64,000 nt of DNA from an uncultured Methanomicrobiales archaeon (GCA_964551875.1 CAZKEV010000001.1:11303-75302), one strand, 5' to 3'. Numbered from the stretch's first letter, positions 19,674 to 30,494 are shown. Notes: generated by a model from the sequence alone, not told the origin. A program made the numbers and translations.

Positions 19674-20165
19674 ATGCTGTTGGTTGCCATGGAGATCGTC
19701 AAAATCCCCAGGATGGAGAAGCAGGATTACGACGCGCTTATCACCGAAGGCTATGTCTCGAGGATCGCGTTCCTGGGCGAGAAGTACCCCTACATCGCGC
19801 CGTTCCTCTATGTCTTCGACGGCAACTTCATGTATTTCCTCTCCACCCGGTACGGGAAGAAGATCCGGTACTTCCGGTCCAACCCCTATGTCTCGGTTGA
19901 GGTTGAGCGCTACAGCCAGGACCTGTCCTGCTACATGTTCGTCACCCTCCAGGGGAGGCTCGAGGAGGTCGAGGATGCCATCGAGAAGAAGAAGATCCGC
20001 CAGAAGTTCGTGAACATGATCAGGACGAAGAATCTCTCGAAGAATATCCTTGCCGCCCTCGGCATCCTGCCCCAGGAACCCATCGAGACGATAGCCGCCG
20101 AGGAACGGTCCATCCTCTGGCGCCTCACCGGCGTGACCGACATCGTGGCCCTCCAGAACATGTGA
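19674..20165 (+). CDS. Pyridoxamine 5'-phosphate oxidase-like (NimA-type) flavin-binding protein
   Basis: SRIAF...YPYIAPFLY...YFLS...GKK...NPYVSVEV; true start may be MEIVKIP. Confidence 0.82.
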   Translation: MLLVAMEIVKIPRMEKQDYDALITEGYVSRIAFLGEKYPYIAPFLYVFDGNFMYFLSTRYGKKIRYFRSNPYVSVEVERYSQDLSCYMFVTLQGRLEEVEDAIEKKKIRQKFVNMIRTKNLSKNILAALGILPQEPIETIAAEERSILWRLTGVTDIVALQNM

Positions 20166-20193
20166 CCGCCGAACTCCTGAAAAGCATCCCCCG

Positions 20194-21009
20194 ATGACTT
20201 CCGATCCCAACCGCGCCTATGTCCATGGATATTCATGGCGGGAAGCGAAACGCCTCCTGGACCAGGCAGGCGCACTCACCGGTCTCCTCCACCACGACAC
20301 CGGGTATCCGGCGGGAAGCCGTGTGCTGGAAGCAGGCTGCGGGATCGGTGCCCAGACAGTCACGCTCGCAAAGAAGAGCCCGGGGGCCCTGATCACCTCC
20401 ATCGACCTCTCGGAACCCTCCCTTGGGCAGGCAGAAGCGCGGGTGAAGGCGTCGGGTGAGAGAAACGTCACCTTCCTACAGGCTGATATCCACGCCCTGC
20501 CGTTTGCAGACGGGACCTTTGACCACATCTTTGTCTGCTTTGTCCTCGAACACCTCCCTGACCCGGTTCCTGCGCTTACCTGCCTCCGCCGGGTCCTGAA
20601 ACCCGGCGGCACCATCACGGTCATCGAGGGGGACCATGGATCTGCGTATTTCTCCCCGGACAGCGAAACGGCGAGGAAGGCCATATCCTGCCTTGTTGCT
20701 CTCCAGCTGGGAAAGGGCGGGAACGCGCTGATCGGCCGGGAGCTCTACCCGCTCCTCTCCAGGGCAGGATTCCGGGATGTCACCATCTCTCCGCGTATGG
20801 TGTACGTGGATGCCTCGAGGCCGGAGCTTGTCGAAGGGTTCACAAAACAGACCTTCACCGCGATGGTCGAGGGTGTCCGGGATGAGGCATTGTACCGCGG
20901 CATGATCAGCGAAGCGGAGTGGGACCAGGGAATCAAGGACCTTTACCGCACCTGCGAACCCGACGGGACGTTCTGTTATACCTTCTTCAAGGGGACCGGG
21001 GTAAAATAA
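20194..21009 (+). CDS. Class I SAM-dependent methyltransferase
   Basis: VLEAGCGIG, ADIHALPFADGTFD, LKPGG. Confidence 0.9.
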   Translation: MTSDPNRAYVHGYSWREAKRLLDQAGALTGLLHHDTGYPAGSRVLEAGCGIGAQTVTLAKKSPGALITSIDLSEPSLGQAEARVKASGERNVTFLQADIHALPFADGTFDHIFVCFVLEHLPDPVPALTCLRRVLKPGGTITVIEGDHGSAYFSPDSETARKAISCLVALQLGKGGNALIGRELYPLLSRAGFRDVTISPRMVYVDASRPELVEGFTKQTFTAMVEGVRDEALYRGMISEAEWDQGIKDLYRTCEPDGTFCYTFFKGTGVK

Positions 21010-21021
21010 CAGGAAAGAGCC

Positions 21022-21618
21022 ATGAAGATCTCCGTTATTCTCGCACACCCGCATCCGGGCAGTTTCAACCATGCGATAGGCGCGGCGGTGATCCAGGCGC
21101 TCGGGGAGAACCGGCACGATATCGTGTATCACGACCTGTACACGGAACGGTTCAACCCCGTCCTTCCGTTTGAAGAGATTCCCCGCGGTGCCCTGCTCGA
21201 TCCGGTCATCCAGGCCCACTGCGCTGAGATCGCGGCTGCAGAAGGCATTGTGGTCATTCATCCAGACTGGTGGGGCCAGCCGCCGGCGATCCTGAAGGGG
21301 TGGGTCGATCGCGTGCTCCGCCCCGGTGTCGCCTACCGGTTCCTCGAGGGTGACAGGGGCGAGGGGGTGCCGGTCGGGCTTCTCAAGGCGAGGGCTGCGC
21401 TCGTCTTCAACACCTCCAACACCCCCCGGGGGCGGGAGATGGAGGCCTTTGGCGACCCGCTCGAGCGGCTCTGGAAGGACTGCATCTTCTCGCTCTGCGG
21501 CGTTCCCGTCATCCACAGGCGGATGTTCTCCGTTGTGGTGGCGAGCACGGATGATGAGCGCAGGCGCTGGCTTGAAGAGGTTCAGAGTACCGTGTTAGGA
21601 GCTTTCTCCGAGCCTTGA
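21022..21618 (+). CDS. Flavodoxin-like NAD(P)H oxidoreductase (KefF/MdaB type)
   Basis: AHPHPGSFNHA, DLYTERFNP, HPDWWGQPPAILKGWVDRV. Confidence 0.9.
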   Translation: MKISVILAHPHPGSFNHAIGAAVIQALGENRHDIVYHDLYTERFNPVLPFEEIPRGALLDPVIQAHCAEIAAAEGIVVIHPDWWGQPPAILKGWVDRVLRPGVAYRFLEGDRGEGVPVGLLKARAALVFNTSNTPRGREMEAFGDPLERLWKDCIFSLCGVPVIHRRMFSVVVASTDDERRRWLEEVQSTVLGAFSEP

Positions 21619-21641
21619 CGGCGGGGCCCCTCTCCCCTGCC

Positions 21642-22892
21642 TCATCCCATGCCAAGGAAGAACCAGTAGACGAGGGCCTGGAGCACGGTGAGGGGGAGCC
21701 CGATCTTCACGAACTCGGGGAAGGTGAGGGTCTCGCCCTCTCTCTCGGCGTTCTGGATGATGATGACATTGGATGCCGCCCCGAGGATGGAGAGGTTCCC
21801 CGCGATGGTGCTCCCCGCGGCAAGGGCCATGAGGGCGGCCATGGATTCCCCTGACTTCGTGATGACGGGGAGGTAGAGGGCAACCCAGGGCACATTGGAG
21901 ACGAACTGGCTTACGATCAGGGAGAGCCCGAGGATCACGGGGACCCGGGTGATCTCCCCGCCGATGAGCAGGATAAAGGACTGGAAGAACCCCGACTCCC
22001 AGACGCTCTCCATGAGGACGAACATGGCAGCAAAGAAGACCAGGGTCTCCCAGTCGACCTTCCTCGCGATCTCGACCCTCCTTCCCGAGAGGGCGAGGAT
22101 CGGGAACGCGGAGAGGAGGGCGATGGCCGGGAGGGAGACCCAGGTATCCAGGCCGACGAAGAACCCCGCGATCTTGACGAGGATCAGGGTCACGAGGACC
22201 CCGAGTGAGACCCTGGAGAGGAGAGCGAGCCTCACGTCCTTCACCGCCTCGTGGTTGAACTCAAGGACTCGCTCCCAGGACTCCTTCCGGAACGCGATCC
22301 TGAGGAAGAGATAGACGAGGATGAGGCTAATCGCCGTGGGAATGGCAAGGAACCGGGCGAAGGTGATGAAGGGGTTCCCGACAGAGCCATGGAGGGCGAC
22401 GAGGAGGTTCTGGGGGTTCCCGATGGGGCTCATGACGCTTCCCGTCGTCACAGAGAACGCGAGGGCCATGAGGAGGAGCTTCGGGGAGATCCGGTTCATG
22501 CGGGAGAAGTAGAGGGCAAGGGGTGTCCCGATGATAGCTAGGGTATCGTTCATCAGGAGGGCGGAGAGGATCCCAACTGAGAAGACGAGGACGAGGAGGA
22601 GCTGGTCAGGAGTCCTCGCCCTGCGGAAGATCCGGGTCGCGAGGAAGAGGAGATAGCCGCTCTCGTGGAGCGCCACCCCCACTACGAACATCCCGAAGAG
22701 GAAGATCATGACGTCCATATTGATGGCCCGGATGGCCGAGACGGGCGATATCTGGCCGGTCACGAGAACGGCCACCGCCCCGATGAGCATGATCTGCCAG
22801 ATCTTGAACGTGAACCTCCCTATCCTGCGGATCGCGATCCCGAGAAAGACCAGGACGAGGACGATGACGGGGATGGTCGGTGCAAAAGCCAT
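21642..22892 (-). CDS. ArsB/NhaD/SLC13-family ion transporter
   Basis: About 11-12 TM segments; SALLMNDT, TTGSVMSPIGNPQN, VSNVP, STIAGNLSILGAASN. Confidence 0.87.
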   Translation of the reverse strand: MAFAPTIPVIVLVLVFLGIAIRRIGRFTFKIWQIMLIGAVAVLVTGQISPVSAIRAINMDVMIFLFGMFVVGVALHESGYLLFLATRIFRRARTPDQLLLVLVFSVGILSALLMNDTLAIIGTPLALYFSRMNRISPKLLLMALAFSVTTGSVMSPIGNPQNLLVALHGSVGNPFITFARFLAIPTAISLILVYLFLRIAFRKESWERVLEFNHEAVKDVRLALLSRVSLGVLVTLILVKIAGFFVGLDTWVSLPAIALLSAFPILALSGRRVEIARKVDWETLVFFAAMFVLMESVWESGFFQSFILLIGGEITRVPVILGLSLIVSQFVSNVPWVALYLPVITKSGESMAALMALAAGSTIAGNLSILGAASNVIIIQNAEREGETLTFPEFVKIGLPLTVLQALVYWFFLGMG

Positions 22893-22898
22893 AGGATC

Positions 22899-23804
22899 TC
22901 ATCGGGCAGGGCCGGACCCTGCGGGAGTCTCCCCGTCACCGAGGAGATGGGCGATGATCTTCCTGTAGAGGCCGGGTGAGTGCTCGTCCTCCCCCGCTTC
23001 GAGTGAAGGGTTGTCGTTCACCTCGATGACAAAGGGGGTGCCGTCCCTGTCCTTGATATCGACCCCGTAGAAGCCTCTCCCGATTGCCTTTGCAGCCATG
23101 ACCGCCACGTCGAGGATGGGTGCGGGGACATGGTCGAGGGGAACGCTTTTCACCGCGCAATAGACGACGTGGCCGTTCACGGTGGCCTGGATCTTGAAGG
23201 TATCCTGGGGGATGATGTACTGGCAGGCATAGAGGGGCTCCCCGTCGAGCACCCCGACCCTCCAGTCGAAATCGCTCTCGATGAACCTCTGGGCCACGAT
23301 CCAGTCCGACATCTTGATGAACCTCTTTGCGGTCTTCAGGAACTCGGGGACAGTGTGCACCTTCTCCACCCTGAGGGAGAAGGAGGTGGATGGTTCCTTG
23401 AGGATGAGGGGCGAGCCCAGCTCGCGGAAGAGGTCTTCTGCGTCCTTCTCGGTAACCTCCCCCTTCCTGACAAAGACGGTATCAGGCATCCTCACTCCCT
23501 CCTGCATGAGGTGGAGGTACATATTCACCTTATCTGAGCAGATCTGGATGGATGCCGGGTCATCGATGACCGGGATGCCCCGGAGCTCCGCCATCTTCGC
23601 GGCCACGAAGCTGATGTTCATCGGGTCCGTCCGGCTCCTGATGAAGAGGCCGTCGACCTTCCCTATCTTCGCGATCTCGACGGGGAAGATGAAGTAGACC
23701 GTGTGCCCCATGCCCTCGGCAGAGTCCCTGAGCCTGATTAAGGCCGTGAGCTGCTCCGAGTTCCCCAGGGTCTGGCGGTCCACGAAGAGGCCGAGCCTAC
23801 CCAT
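22899..23804 (-). CDS. RimK-family ATP-grasp ligase
   Basis: Real start taken at ATG 23804 (MGRLGLFVDRQ); CSDKVNMY, PLILKEP, QRFI, DWRVGVL, GFYGVDIK, VIEVNDNP. The first 152 residues of the track ORF are a shadow of the RLAN gene. Confidence 0.88.
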   Translation of the reverse strand: MGRLGLFVDRQTLGNSEQLTALIRLRDSAEGMGHTVYFIFPVEIAKIGKVDGLFIRSRTDPMNISFVAAKMAELRGIPVIDDPASIQICSDKVNMYLHLMQEGVRMPDTVFVRKGEVTEKDAEDLFRELGSPLILKEPSTSFSLRVEKVHTVPEFLKTAKRFIKMSDWIVAQRFIESDFDWRVGVLDGEPLYACQYIIPQDTFKIQATVNGHVVYCAVKSVPLDHVPAPILDVAVMAAKAIGRGFYGVDIKDRDGTPFVIEVNDNPSLEAGEDEHSPGLYRKIIAHLLGDGETPAGSGPAR

Positions 23805-24390
23805 TGCACTCACCTGCAAGGATCTCCTCGAGTATCCCCTTCTCGTCCCGGGAGAGTTTTGAGTAGCGGACCGGGGTGATGGACGAGAGGCGGTAGGTGT
23901 CGGTGAAGACCGAGATGACCTCCATGAGAGGGATCCTGAAGAGCCGGTAAGCATGTGCGGCAAGGCCCGCGAGGGGCTCCGGGGCATCGGCAGTCCGGCC
24001 GAAGATGGCGACGCAGGGTACGATCTCCGCGGATTCCGGGACCGGCTGGTAACAGAACGGGTACTTCCCGCTGCCGGTGATGTATTTGATGACCGGATCA
24101 GCGGTCTCAAGGTCCCGCACCAGGCTGTACTCCGAGGGATCTGCGAAGTAGGAGATCCCGTAGAGGATGGAGGGGACTGGGACGCGCTCGTCAGAGATAC
24201 CCCACTCGCAGACCGGGATACCGGCTCCTTTCGCCCGGGTGAGGCAGACAGGCACCACATAGGCCTCGAGGAGGTCCCGGGTGGAAGGGACGGTCTCCTT
24301 GCCTTCCATCTCGAGGGTGAGAATCCGGTAATACGCCTCGGTCTTGTAGGAGTAGTCCTCGCTGATGATGTAGGTGAGGCCCCCCCGCAC
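23797..24390 (-). CDS. RimK-like ATP-grasp N-terminal (RLAN) domain protein
   Basis: DYSYKTEAYYRIL...VPSTRDL resembles the RLAN consensus; overlaps the RimK start by 8 nt. Confidence 0.72.
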   Translation of the reverse strand: MRGGLTYIISEDYSYKTEAYYRILTLEMEGKETVPSTRDLLEAYVVPVCLTRAKGAGIPVCEWGISDERVPVPSILYGISYFADPSEYSLVRDLETADPVIKYITGSGKYPFCYQPVPESAEIVPCVAIFGRTADAPEPLAGLAAHAYRLFRIPLMEVISVFTDTYRLSSITPVRYSKLSRDEKGILEEILAGECNG

Positions 24391-24718
24391 CCTCTCGTGG
24401 ATGAGGTCCCGCCGGAGAAGCCTGCCCGCGTTCTTTTTCAGAGGAGATCCCCCCGAATGTACCCGGGGTTCTTCATGAGAGGGATCCCGCTCAACGGATC
24501 CCCCCGGGGGCTATCCATGACCCCTGCCCAGGGTGAGAGATCATGGAGAAGGGATCGTTCCTGCGTCAATGGCATGGGTGGCAGAAGAGCTGAAATACCT
24601 GACACACCCTCCCGGTGTCCATGATGTAGTATGGGAATCCCGTTATTTCATTCTATCGCGGGGCTGGGAGCCCCTGCTCCGGCGGGAGCATGCGGTCCCC
24701 ATTCCGTGAGACCCGGCA

Positions 24719-25369
24719 TCACTCGATGGTGATCCGCTCACCGGTGACCATGTAATGGATCTTCTCGGCCATCTTGCAGGCGTGGTCCCCGCAGCGCTCC
24801 AGGTAGCGGGCGACCAGCACGTAGTTCGTACAGATGGGGATTTTCTCCGGATCCTCCGTCATCGCCGTGATGCATTCCTGGAGGGTGGAGAAGAAGAGGG
24901 CATCGACCTCATCGTCCAGCTTCCCGATGGTCTCCAGGGGGGAGATACTCTCGTCCGCGTACGCCCTGATGCCCGCATCGACCATGCCACAGACGATCCT
25001 GGTCATCCTGGGGATGGCGAAGAGGCCGGGGACGGGTGGCATCTCCGAGACCTTGTTCACCACAACCGCGATATCTTTCCCGTAGATCCCGATCCGGGTA
25101 AGGTAGGTGATCATCTTCAGGGTACAGGCGATGGTGCGCAGGTCCTTTGCCATGGGCTGGTAGAGGGCCATGAGCCTGAGGGCCTCCTCCTCGATGGAGT
25201 CGTCCAGCGCGGTCAGGTTATCCCTCCGGCTCATCACCCATGCTGCCAGGTCCAGATCCCGGTTCTTCAGCGCCCGGATGGACATCTGGAGCATGGTCCG
25301 GGAGAGTGAACCCATCTCAAGGGTGTGCTCCTTCATCATGTCCAGTTCAAGATGAAACTTCTCAACCAT
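24719..25369 (-). CDS. phoU: Phosphate signalling protein PhoU
   Basis: LYQPMAKDLR, LDDEVD, RYLERCGDHACKMAE; follows pstB. Confidence 0.93.
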   Translation of the reverse strand: MVEKFHLELDMMKEHTLEMGSLSRTMLQMSIRALKNRDLDLAAWVMSRRDNLTALDDSIEEEALRLMALYQPMAKDLRTIACTLKMITYLTRIGIYGKDIAVVVNKVSEMPPVPGLFAIPRMTRIVCGMVDAGIRAYADESISPLETIGKLDDEVDALFFSTLQECITAMTEDPEKIPICTNYVLVARYLERCGDHACKMAEKIHYMVTGERITIE

Positions 25370-25377
25370 TCCATCAC

Positions 25378-26142
25378 CTACCCGAACCGACCCGTCACAT
25401 AGTTCGCGGTGAGCTCCTCCCGGGGGTTCTCAAAGATCCGGGTTGTCTCTCCGAACTCAATGAGCTTTCCCAAATACATGAACCCGGTGAAGTCCGAGAC
25501 CCGGGCCGCCTGCTGCATGTTATGGGTGACGATGACCACGGTATAGGTCCGCTTGAGGATATCGATGAGGTTCTCGATCTTTGCGGTTGCGATGGGATCA
25601 AGCGCGGAGCAGGGCTCGTCCATGAGGATGATCTCCGGCTCGACCGCGAGGCAGCGGGCGATGCAGAGCCGCTGCTGCTGCCCGCCCGAGAGGCCGGTCG
25701 CCGGGTCATGGAGCCGGTCCTTCACCTCGCTCCAAAGGGCTGCGTTCTGGAGGCTCTCCTCCACGATCCGGTCAAGCTCCTTCTTCTCCGTGATACCATG
25801 GATCCTCGGGCCGTAGGCCACGTTCTCGTACACCGACTTGGGAAAGGGGTTGGGCTTCTGGAAGACCATCCCTACCTTCTTCCTGATGGTCACGACGTCG
25901 GTCGACGGGCTGTAGATGTCCTCCCCGTCGATGAGGACGCTGCCCTCGACCCTGCAGGAATCGATCAGGTCGTTCATCCGGTTGAAGACACGGATGAGGG
26001 TGGACTTGCCGCACCCCGAGGGGCCGATGAGGGCTGTCACATGGTTCCTCTCCACCTCCATGGTGATATCGGCAAGGGCCTGCTTCTCCCCGTACCAGAG
26101 GTTCAGGTTCTTTGTCGTGATGATGGGTGTGCTCTTCTCCAT
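25378..26142 (-). CDS. pstB: Phosphate ABC transporter ATPase
   Basis: [43 protein letters not shown]. Confidence 0.96.
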   Translation of the reverse strand: MEKSTPIITTKNLNLWYGEKQALADITMEVERNHVTALIGPSGCGKSTLIRVFNRMNDLIDSCRVEGSVLIDGEDIYSPSTDVVTIRKKVGMVFQKPNPFPKSVYENVAYGPRIHGITEKKELDRIVEESLQNAALWSEVKDRLHDPATGLSGGQQQRLCIARCLAVEPEIILMDEPCSALDPIATAKIENLIDILKRTYTVVIVTHNMQQAARVSDFTGFMYLGKLIEFGETTRIFENPREELTANYVTGRFG

Positions 26143-26146
26143 GGGG

Positions 26147-28210
26147 TTACCACCTCACGGTCTTCTGGTAATGGCCCCTGAGGAGGATGGCGACGCTGTA
26201 GATCCCGATGACGGCAGCAAGGAGGACAAGGGCGGTGCCGTACTGGTTCGTCCTCGCACCCGGCACGTTCGTGGCAAGGACAAAGAGGTGATACGGGAGG
26301 GCCATGACCGGGTCGAGCGGGGACGTGGGGAGGAACCGCTGGGAGAACACCACCGCGGTGAACAGGATGGGGGCGGTCTCCCCCGCTGCCCTCCCGATGG
26401 CAAGGATGGCGCCCGTGAGGACCCCGGGCATGGCGGGCGGGATCACCACCCGGCTCACGGTCTGCCACCGCGTTGCCCCGAGGGCCAGGCTCCCCTCCCT
26501 GAGCCCCTGGGGGACGCACTTCAGGGCCTCCTCGGTGGTCCGGATGATGGTCGGGAGGACCATGAGCCCCAGGGTGACCTGCCCCGCGATGAGGGACACC
26601 CCTAAATGGAGGGAGAGGACGAGGAATGCGAAGCCGAAGAGGCCGAAGACGATGGAGGGGGTCCCGTTCAGGAGGTCCACGCCGGTCCTCGCGAGCCTGA
26701 CGAGGCGCCCTTCCCGGGTGTACTCGACCAGGTAGATGGCGGCCCCGATGCCGAGAGGGAGGGCGATGCCGATAGCCCCTGCCACCAGGTACAGGGTGCC
26801 CACGATGGCCGGGAAGATCCCCCCGCTCCTCCCCAGGTCCCGGGGCACCCCGGTGAGGAATTCCCAGGAGATGGCCGGGAGGCCGTTTGCGACGATATTC
26901 CAGAGGATGACCCCCAGGATGAGAACCACGAGGAGGGTTGCACCGGAAAGGAGGGAGAAGGCAATCTTCTCGGCGATTTGTGGGGATACTCTCCTCCTGA
27001 GCAGGATGAAGGCGACAGTCACAACGAGGATGGCTGCAGCAGCCCTGTGCCCGGCAGAGAGATCGATGGCGAGGAGCACGAGGGCTCCCAGGGTGGCGAT
27101 TGCAGGGAGCCGGAGCTTTGAGTAGATGCCCCTCAGGGCGCGGGTGATCCTGTTCCGGAAGGGAATTCTCCTATCAGTCTGGCATTGGACAACCGGCACC
27201 GGTCCGCTCCGGATCCTTCCGATAACCACCGTTGCGGCCATGTTCACGAGGAGGGTGATGGCGAGGAGGAGGAAGGCGACCCCGAAGAGGGCATGGTAGT
27301 GGGCGCTTCCGGAGGCAACCTCCCCCATCTCGATCCCCAGGGTGCCGGTGAGGGTCCGGATAGGTGAGAAGACGTTCGTGATGGGGGAGGGGATGATGGC
27401 CGCGTTCCCTGTGACCATGAGCACCGCCATCGTCTCTCCGAGGGCCCTGCCTGTGCCCAGAATGATGGCGGCAGTGATCCCGGAGAAGGCCGAGGGTATC
27501 ACCACCCGGCTCATGGTCTGCCACCGGGTAGCCCCTATGGCCAGGCTCCCTTCCCGGAACTCCCGGGGAACTGCTCTTATGGCATCCTCGGAGACCGAGG
27601 TGATGGTGGGGAGGGCCATGACGGCAAGGAGGATGGAACCGGCGAGCCAGGTGAGGCCTGATCCAAGGTCGAAGGTGACCCGGAGGACCTCGGTGAGGAT
27701 GACGAGGCCGAAGAAACCGTACACCACGGACGGGATCCCTGCCAGGAGCTCGATGGCAGGCTTGAGGATGCTTCTTGTCCGGGGAGAGGCGATCTCGGCG
27801 ATGAAGATGGCGCATCCCAGGGAGAGGGGGATGGCGATGGCCATAGCGCCGAGGGTAACGAGGATGGTGCCGGCGATGAGGGGAAGGGTGCCGTACTCCG
27901 GCGGGATCCCCGTCGGATCCCAGGTACCTCCGGTGATGAAGTTCCCGATCCCGGCCAGCGGGAAGATGGGGGAAGCCTCGAGGAAGAGGTAGGCCAGGAT
28001 GAAGAGTACCGAAACGATGGCGGCGAGGGATGCAAGGAAGAGGAGCGCATGGATCGCCTCCTCCTTTCCGAACCGCCAGGAGGATCCGGGCGCGCCTGCA
28101 GGCTCCGGGTGGGCGGGAGAATGGCAGGTTACCCCGGGGTCGGGCAGCACCAGGTTATGAGGGGATGCAGGCCCCGGGGAATGTCCTAGGATAGACATCA
28201 ATCGGTTCAC
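26147..28210 (-). CDS. pstA: Fused phosphate ABC permease PstC-PstA
   Basis: One reading frame with two permease domains, each with an EAA loop ([20 protein letters not shown] and [20 protein letters not shown]). Start uncertain. Confidence 0.88.
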   Translation of the reverse strand: MNRLMSILGHSPGPASPHNLVLPDPGVTCHSPAHPEPAGAPGSSWRFGKEEAIHALLFLASLAAIVSVLFILAYLFLEASPIFPLAGIGNFITGGTWDPTGIPPEYGTLPLIAGTILVTLGAMAIAIPLSLGCAIFIAEIASPRTRSILKPAIELLAGIPSVVYGFFGLVILTEVLRVTFDLGSGLTWLAGSILLAVMALPTITSVSEDAIRAVPREFREGSLAIGATRWQTMSRVVIPSAFSGITAAIILGTGRALGETMAVLMVTGNAAIIPSPITNVFSPIRTLTGTLGIEMGEVASGSAHYHALFGVAFLLLAITLLVNMAATVVIGRIRSGPVPVVQCQTDRRIPFRNRITRALRGIYSKLRLPAIATLGALVLLAIDLSAGHRAAAAILVVTVAFILLRRRVSPQIAEKIAFSLLSGATLLVVLILGVILWNIVANGLPAISWEFLTGVPRDLGRSGGIFPAIVGTLYLVAGAIGIALPLGIGAAIYLVEYTREGRLVRLARTGVDLLNGTPSIVFGLFGFAFLVLSLHLGVSLIAGQVTLGLMVLPTIIRTTEEALKCVPQGLREGSLALGATRWQTVSRVVIPPAMPGVLTGAILAIGRAAGETAPILFTAVVFSQRFLPTSPLDPVMALPYHLFVLATNVPGARTNQYGTALVLLAAVIGIYSVAILLRGHYQKTVRW

Positions 28211-28245
28211 TCTGTCTCTCCCATCTCCCTTCCGAAGAGGGGGGT

Positions 28246-29238
28246 TCAGGAAAGGGGCACGAAGCCCTGGTCCTGGACGATCTTCTGCCCATCGGGGGAG
28301 AGGATGAAGTCGATGAAGTCCTTCGCGAGCCCTGCCGGCTGGCCTTTCGTGATCATATACAGGGGCCGGGAGATGGGATACTGGTGGGAAAGGACCGTCG
28401 CGATGGTCGGGGCGACAGGCTCTCCCTTCGAGTAGATCTTCACTGCCTTGACCGAGCTGTCAACATACCCGAGGCCCACATACCCGACGGCTGCCGGGGT
28501 CTGAGCTACCGTCTGCTTCACGGCCCCGTTGGAGTTCATCTCCCGCATGTCGGGCCGGTACTTCTCGTTCTTCATCACGGCCTCGCTGAAGTAGACCCGG
28601 GTACCCGAGGCGCTGTCACGGCCGATGATCACCGGGAAGGTGAGGGTGCCGCCCACAGAGTTCCAGCCCTGGTAGGTGTCATTATAGAGCCCGCGGACCT
28701 GGTCCAGGGTGAGGCTCGTCACCGGGTTGGAGGGGTGGACGATGAGCACAACGGCGTCGGTTGCGACATCAACCGGAACAAGGCCCGGGTACCTGGCCTT
28801 CTCGGCATCGCTGATCTCCCGGGAGGACATCCCGATATCAGCTGTGCCCTCCCCGATAGCCTGCACCCCGACGCCCGAACCTCCGCCTGAGACCTGGATG
28901 TCGGCGTTTCCGTTCTTCTCCATATAGGCATCGGCCGCTGCCTGGGCAATGGGGAAGACCGTGGTCGAGCCGGTGACCCGGAGCTTCCCTGCAATCTGCT
29001 GGACGGTATACGTGCCCGACGGTGCCGGGCTCACGGTTGCGGAGGGAGTCATTGTTACCGTCGGCTGAACCGGTGGTGTTGTGGCCGGAACCGTGGTTGC
29101 CGGAGCCGGTGGGACGGGGGTCTCCCCGGCCTTTGGCATGGTCTGAGGTGCTGTGCACCCCGCGGCGATGATGGCGAGGACGAAAGTTCCTGCCATGAGC
29201 AGGGTCAGGATATTCAGCTGTTTCCGAGAAGGTGCCAT
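28246..29238 (-). CDS. pstS: Phosphate ABC transporter substrate-binding lipoprotein
   Basis: Lipobox AAGC; TGSTTVFP, GGGSGVG, GRDSASGTR, YPISRPLY. Confidence 0.94.
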   Translation of the reverse strand: MAPSRKQLNILTLLMAGTFVLAIIAAGCTAPQTMPKAGETPVPPAPATTVPATTPPVQPTVTMTPSATVSPAPSGTYTVQQIAGKLRVTGSTTVFPIAQAAADAYMEKNGNADIQVSGGGSGVGVQAIGEGTADIGMSSREISDAEKARYPGLVPVDVATDAVVLIVHPSNPVTSLTLDQVRGLYNDTYQGWNSVGGTLTFPVIIGRDSASGTRVYFSEAVMKNEKYRPDMREMNSNGAVKQTVAQTPAAVGYVGLGYVDSSVKAVKIYSKGEPVAPTIATVLSHQYPISRPLYMITKGQPAGLAKDFIDFILSPDGQKIVQDQGFVPLS

Positions 29239-29348
29239 TCTTCACCGCTCAGGTACTCAGCAGGGTGATTATATAGAGGTGTTCGAAGTAAACTATATAT
29301 CTATATATAATATCCATAGATACATAGAGATCAGGCTACGTGGTTGCC
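29239..29348. promoter_or_regulatory. Divergent pstS / phoU-regulator promoter region
   Basis: AT-rich patch in GC-rich DNA; CTATATAT x2 (29293-29308) and CATAGA(T/G)A x2 (29315-29330). Confidence 0.5.
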
Positions 29349-30416
29349 ATGGAGGTCAGGAAGGTCCAGGTCACCGGCGGGGCGTCGTACATCATCTCCC
29401 TGCCCAAGGAATGGGCGAGGTCCCAGAAGATCGGCAAGAACGACCCCCTCGGGGTGCTCGTCCAGCCCGACGGGACACTCCTCATCACCCCGAAGATATC
29501 CCCGGAGGGGGTCACGAGGGAGCGGACCTTCGATGTCTACCCGGAGATGGACCCGGTCTTTCTCTTCCGGCTCCTCATCGCCACGTACATCGCCGGCTAC
29601 TCCATCATCCGTCTCCGTGCCGCGGGCAGCCTCCCCCCCTTTGTCCGCTCTGTCGTGAGGGACTTCACCCAGATGACCATCGGCCAGGAGGTGGCCGAGG
29701 AGACCGAGGCATCCCTCACGGTAAAAGACCTCCTCAACCCGAGGGAGATGCCCATGGACCGCACCCTGAGCCGCATGGCGGTCATCGTCCGGTCCATGCA
29801 CCAGGATGCCATCACCTCTCTCCTCACCGCGAACAGCGAGCTTGCGGTGGACGTCATGAAGCGGGACAACGACGTGGACCGGCTCCACTGGCTCGTGGCC
29901 CGGCAGTACAACCTGATCCTCTCTGACCCGAACCTCGCCCGGTCCATGAAGATCACCCCGGGGACGGCATCGAGTTTCTACATCCACTCCCGGCTTGTCG
30001 AGCGCATCGGCGACCACGGGGTGCGTATCGCGGAGAACGCCGTAAAACTCAGGGAGAAGCGGCTCGAGGCCGCTGAGAAGAATTCCCTCAAGGAGTCCAT
30101 GGATATGGCGCTCCGGCTCTTCTCCCTGGGGATCGAGGCCTTCTCGTCCAGCGACCCGGGGGCGTCCCACCGGGTCATCGAGCTCGCAGCCCCCCTGGAG
30201 GCGCGGTGCGCCGAGATGGACGCCATGGCCCAGCACCACAAGGGAGAGATCGCAACCGCCCTCGTGGACATCATCGGCTCTATCAGGAGGATCGGGGAAT
30301 ACACCGAGGATATCTGCGAGAACGCCATCAACCACCTGGTGGCAGAGGGGATGCTTGTGCCGCAACCGGGCGCGGGGATCTCCAGGGAGAAAGGATCCTT
30401 CCGGGCTACCCGGTGA
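29349..30416 (+). CDS. Archaeal phosphate-uptake regulator (AbrB/SpoVT N-terminus plus PhoU domains)
   Basis: MEVRKVQVTGGASYIISLPKEW (AbrB-like); RDNDVDRL, LVERIGDH, RRIGEY. Confidence 0.9.
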   Translation: MEVRKVQVTGGASYIISLPKEWARSQKIGKNDPLGVLVQPDGTLLITPKISPEGVTRERTFDVYPEMDPVFLFRLLIATYIAGYSIIRLRAAGSLPPFVRSVVRDFTQMTIGQEVAEETEASLTVKDLLNPREMPMDRTLSRMAVIVRSMHQDAITSLLTANSELAVDVMKRDNDVDRLHWLVARQYNLILSDPNLARSMKITPGTASSFYIHSRLVERIGDHGVRIAENAVKLREKRLEAAEKNSLKESMDMALRLFSLGIEAFSSSDPGASHRVIELAAPLEARCAEMDAMAQHHKGEIATALVDIIGSIRRIGEYTEDICENAINHLVAEGMLVPQPGAGISREKGSFRATR

Positions 30417-30494
30417 CCGGGCCGGCCTTTGCGTGCCCCTTCTCCGGAAACTATAACATGATCCGCGGATCAAGGAGTAATCCGGGGTGGTGCA

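Noticed and set aside
22899-24260. 453-aa version of the RimK ORF
   Set aside because: The Ser/Pro/Arg-rich first 152 aa overlap the RLAN gene in another frame; ATG 23804 gives a normal ATP-grasp protein.
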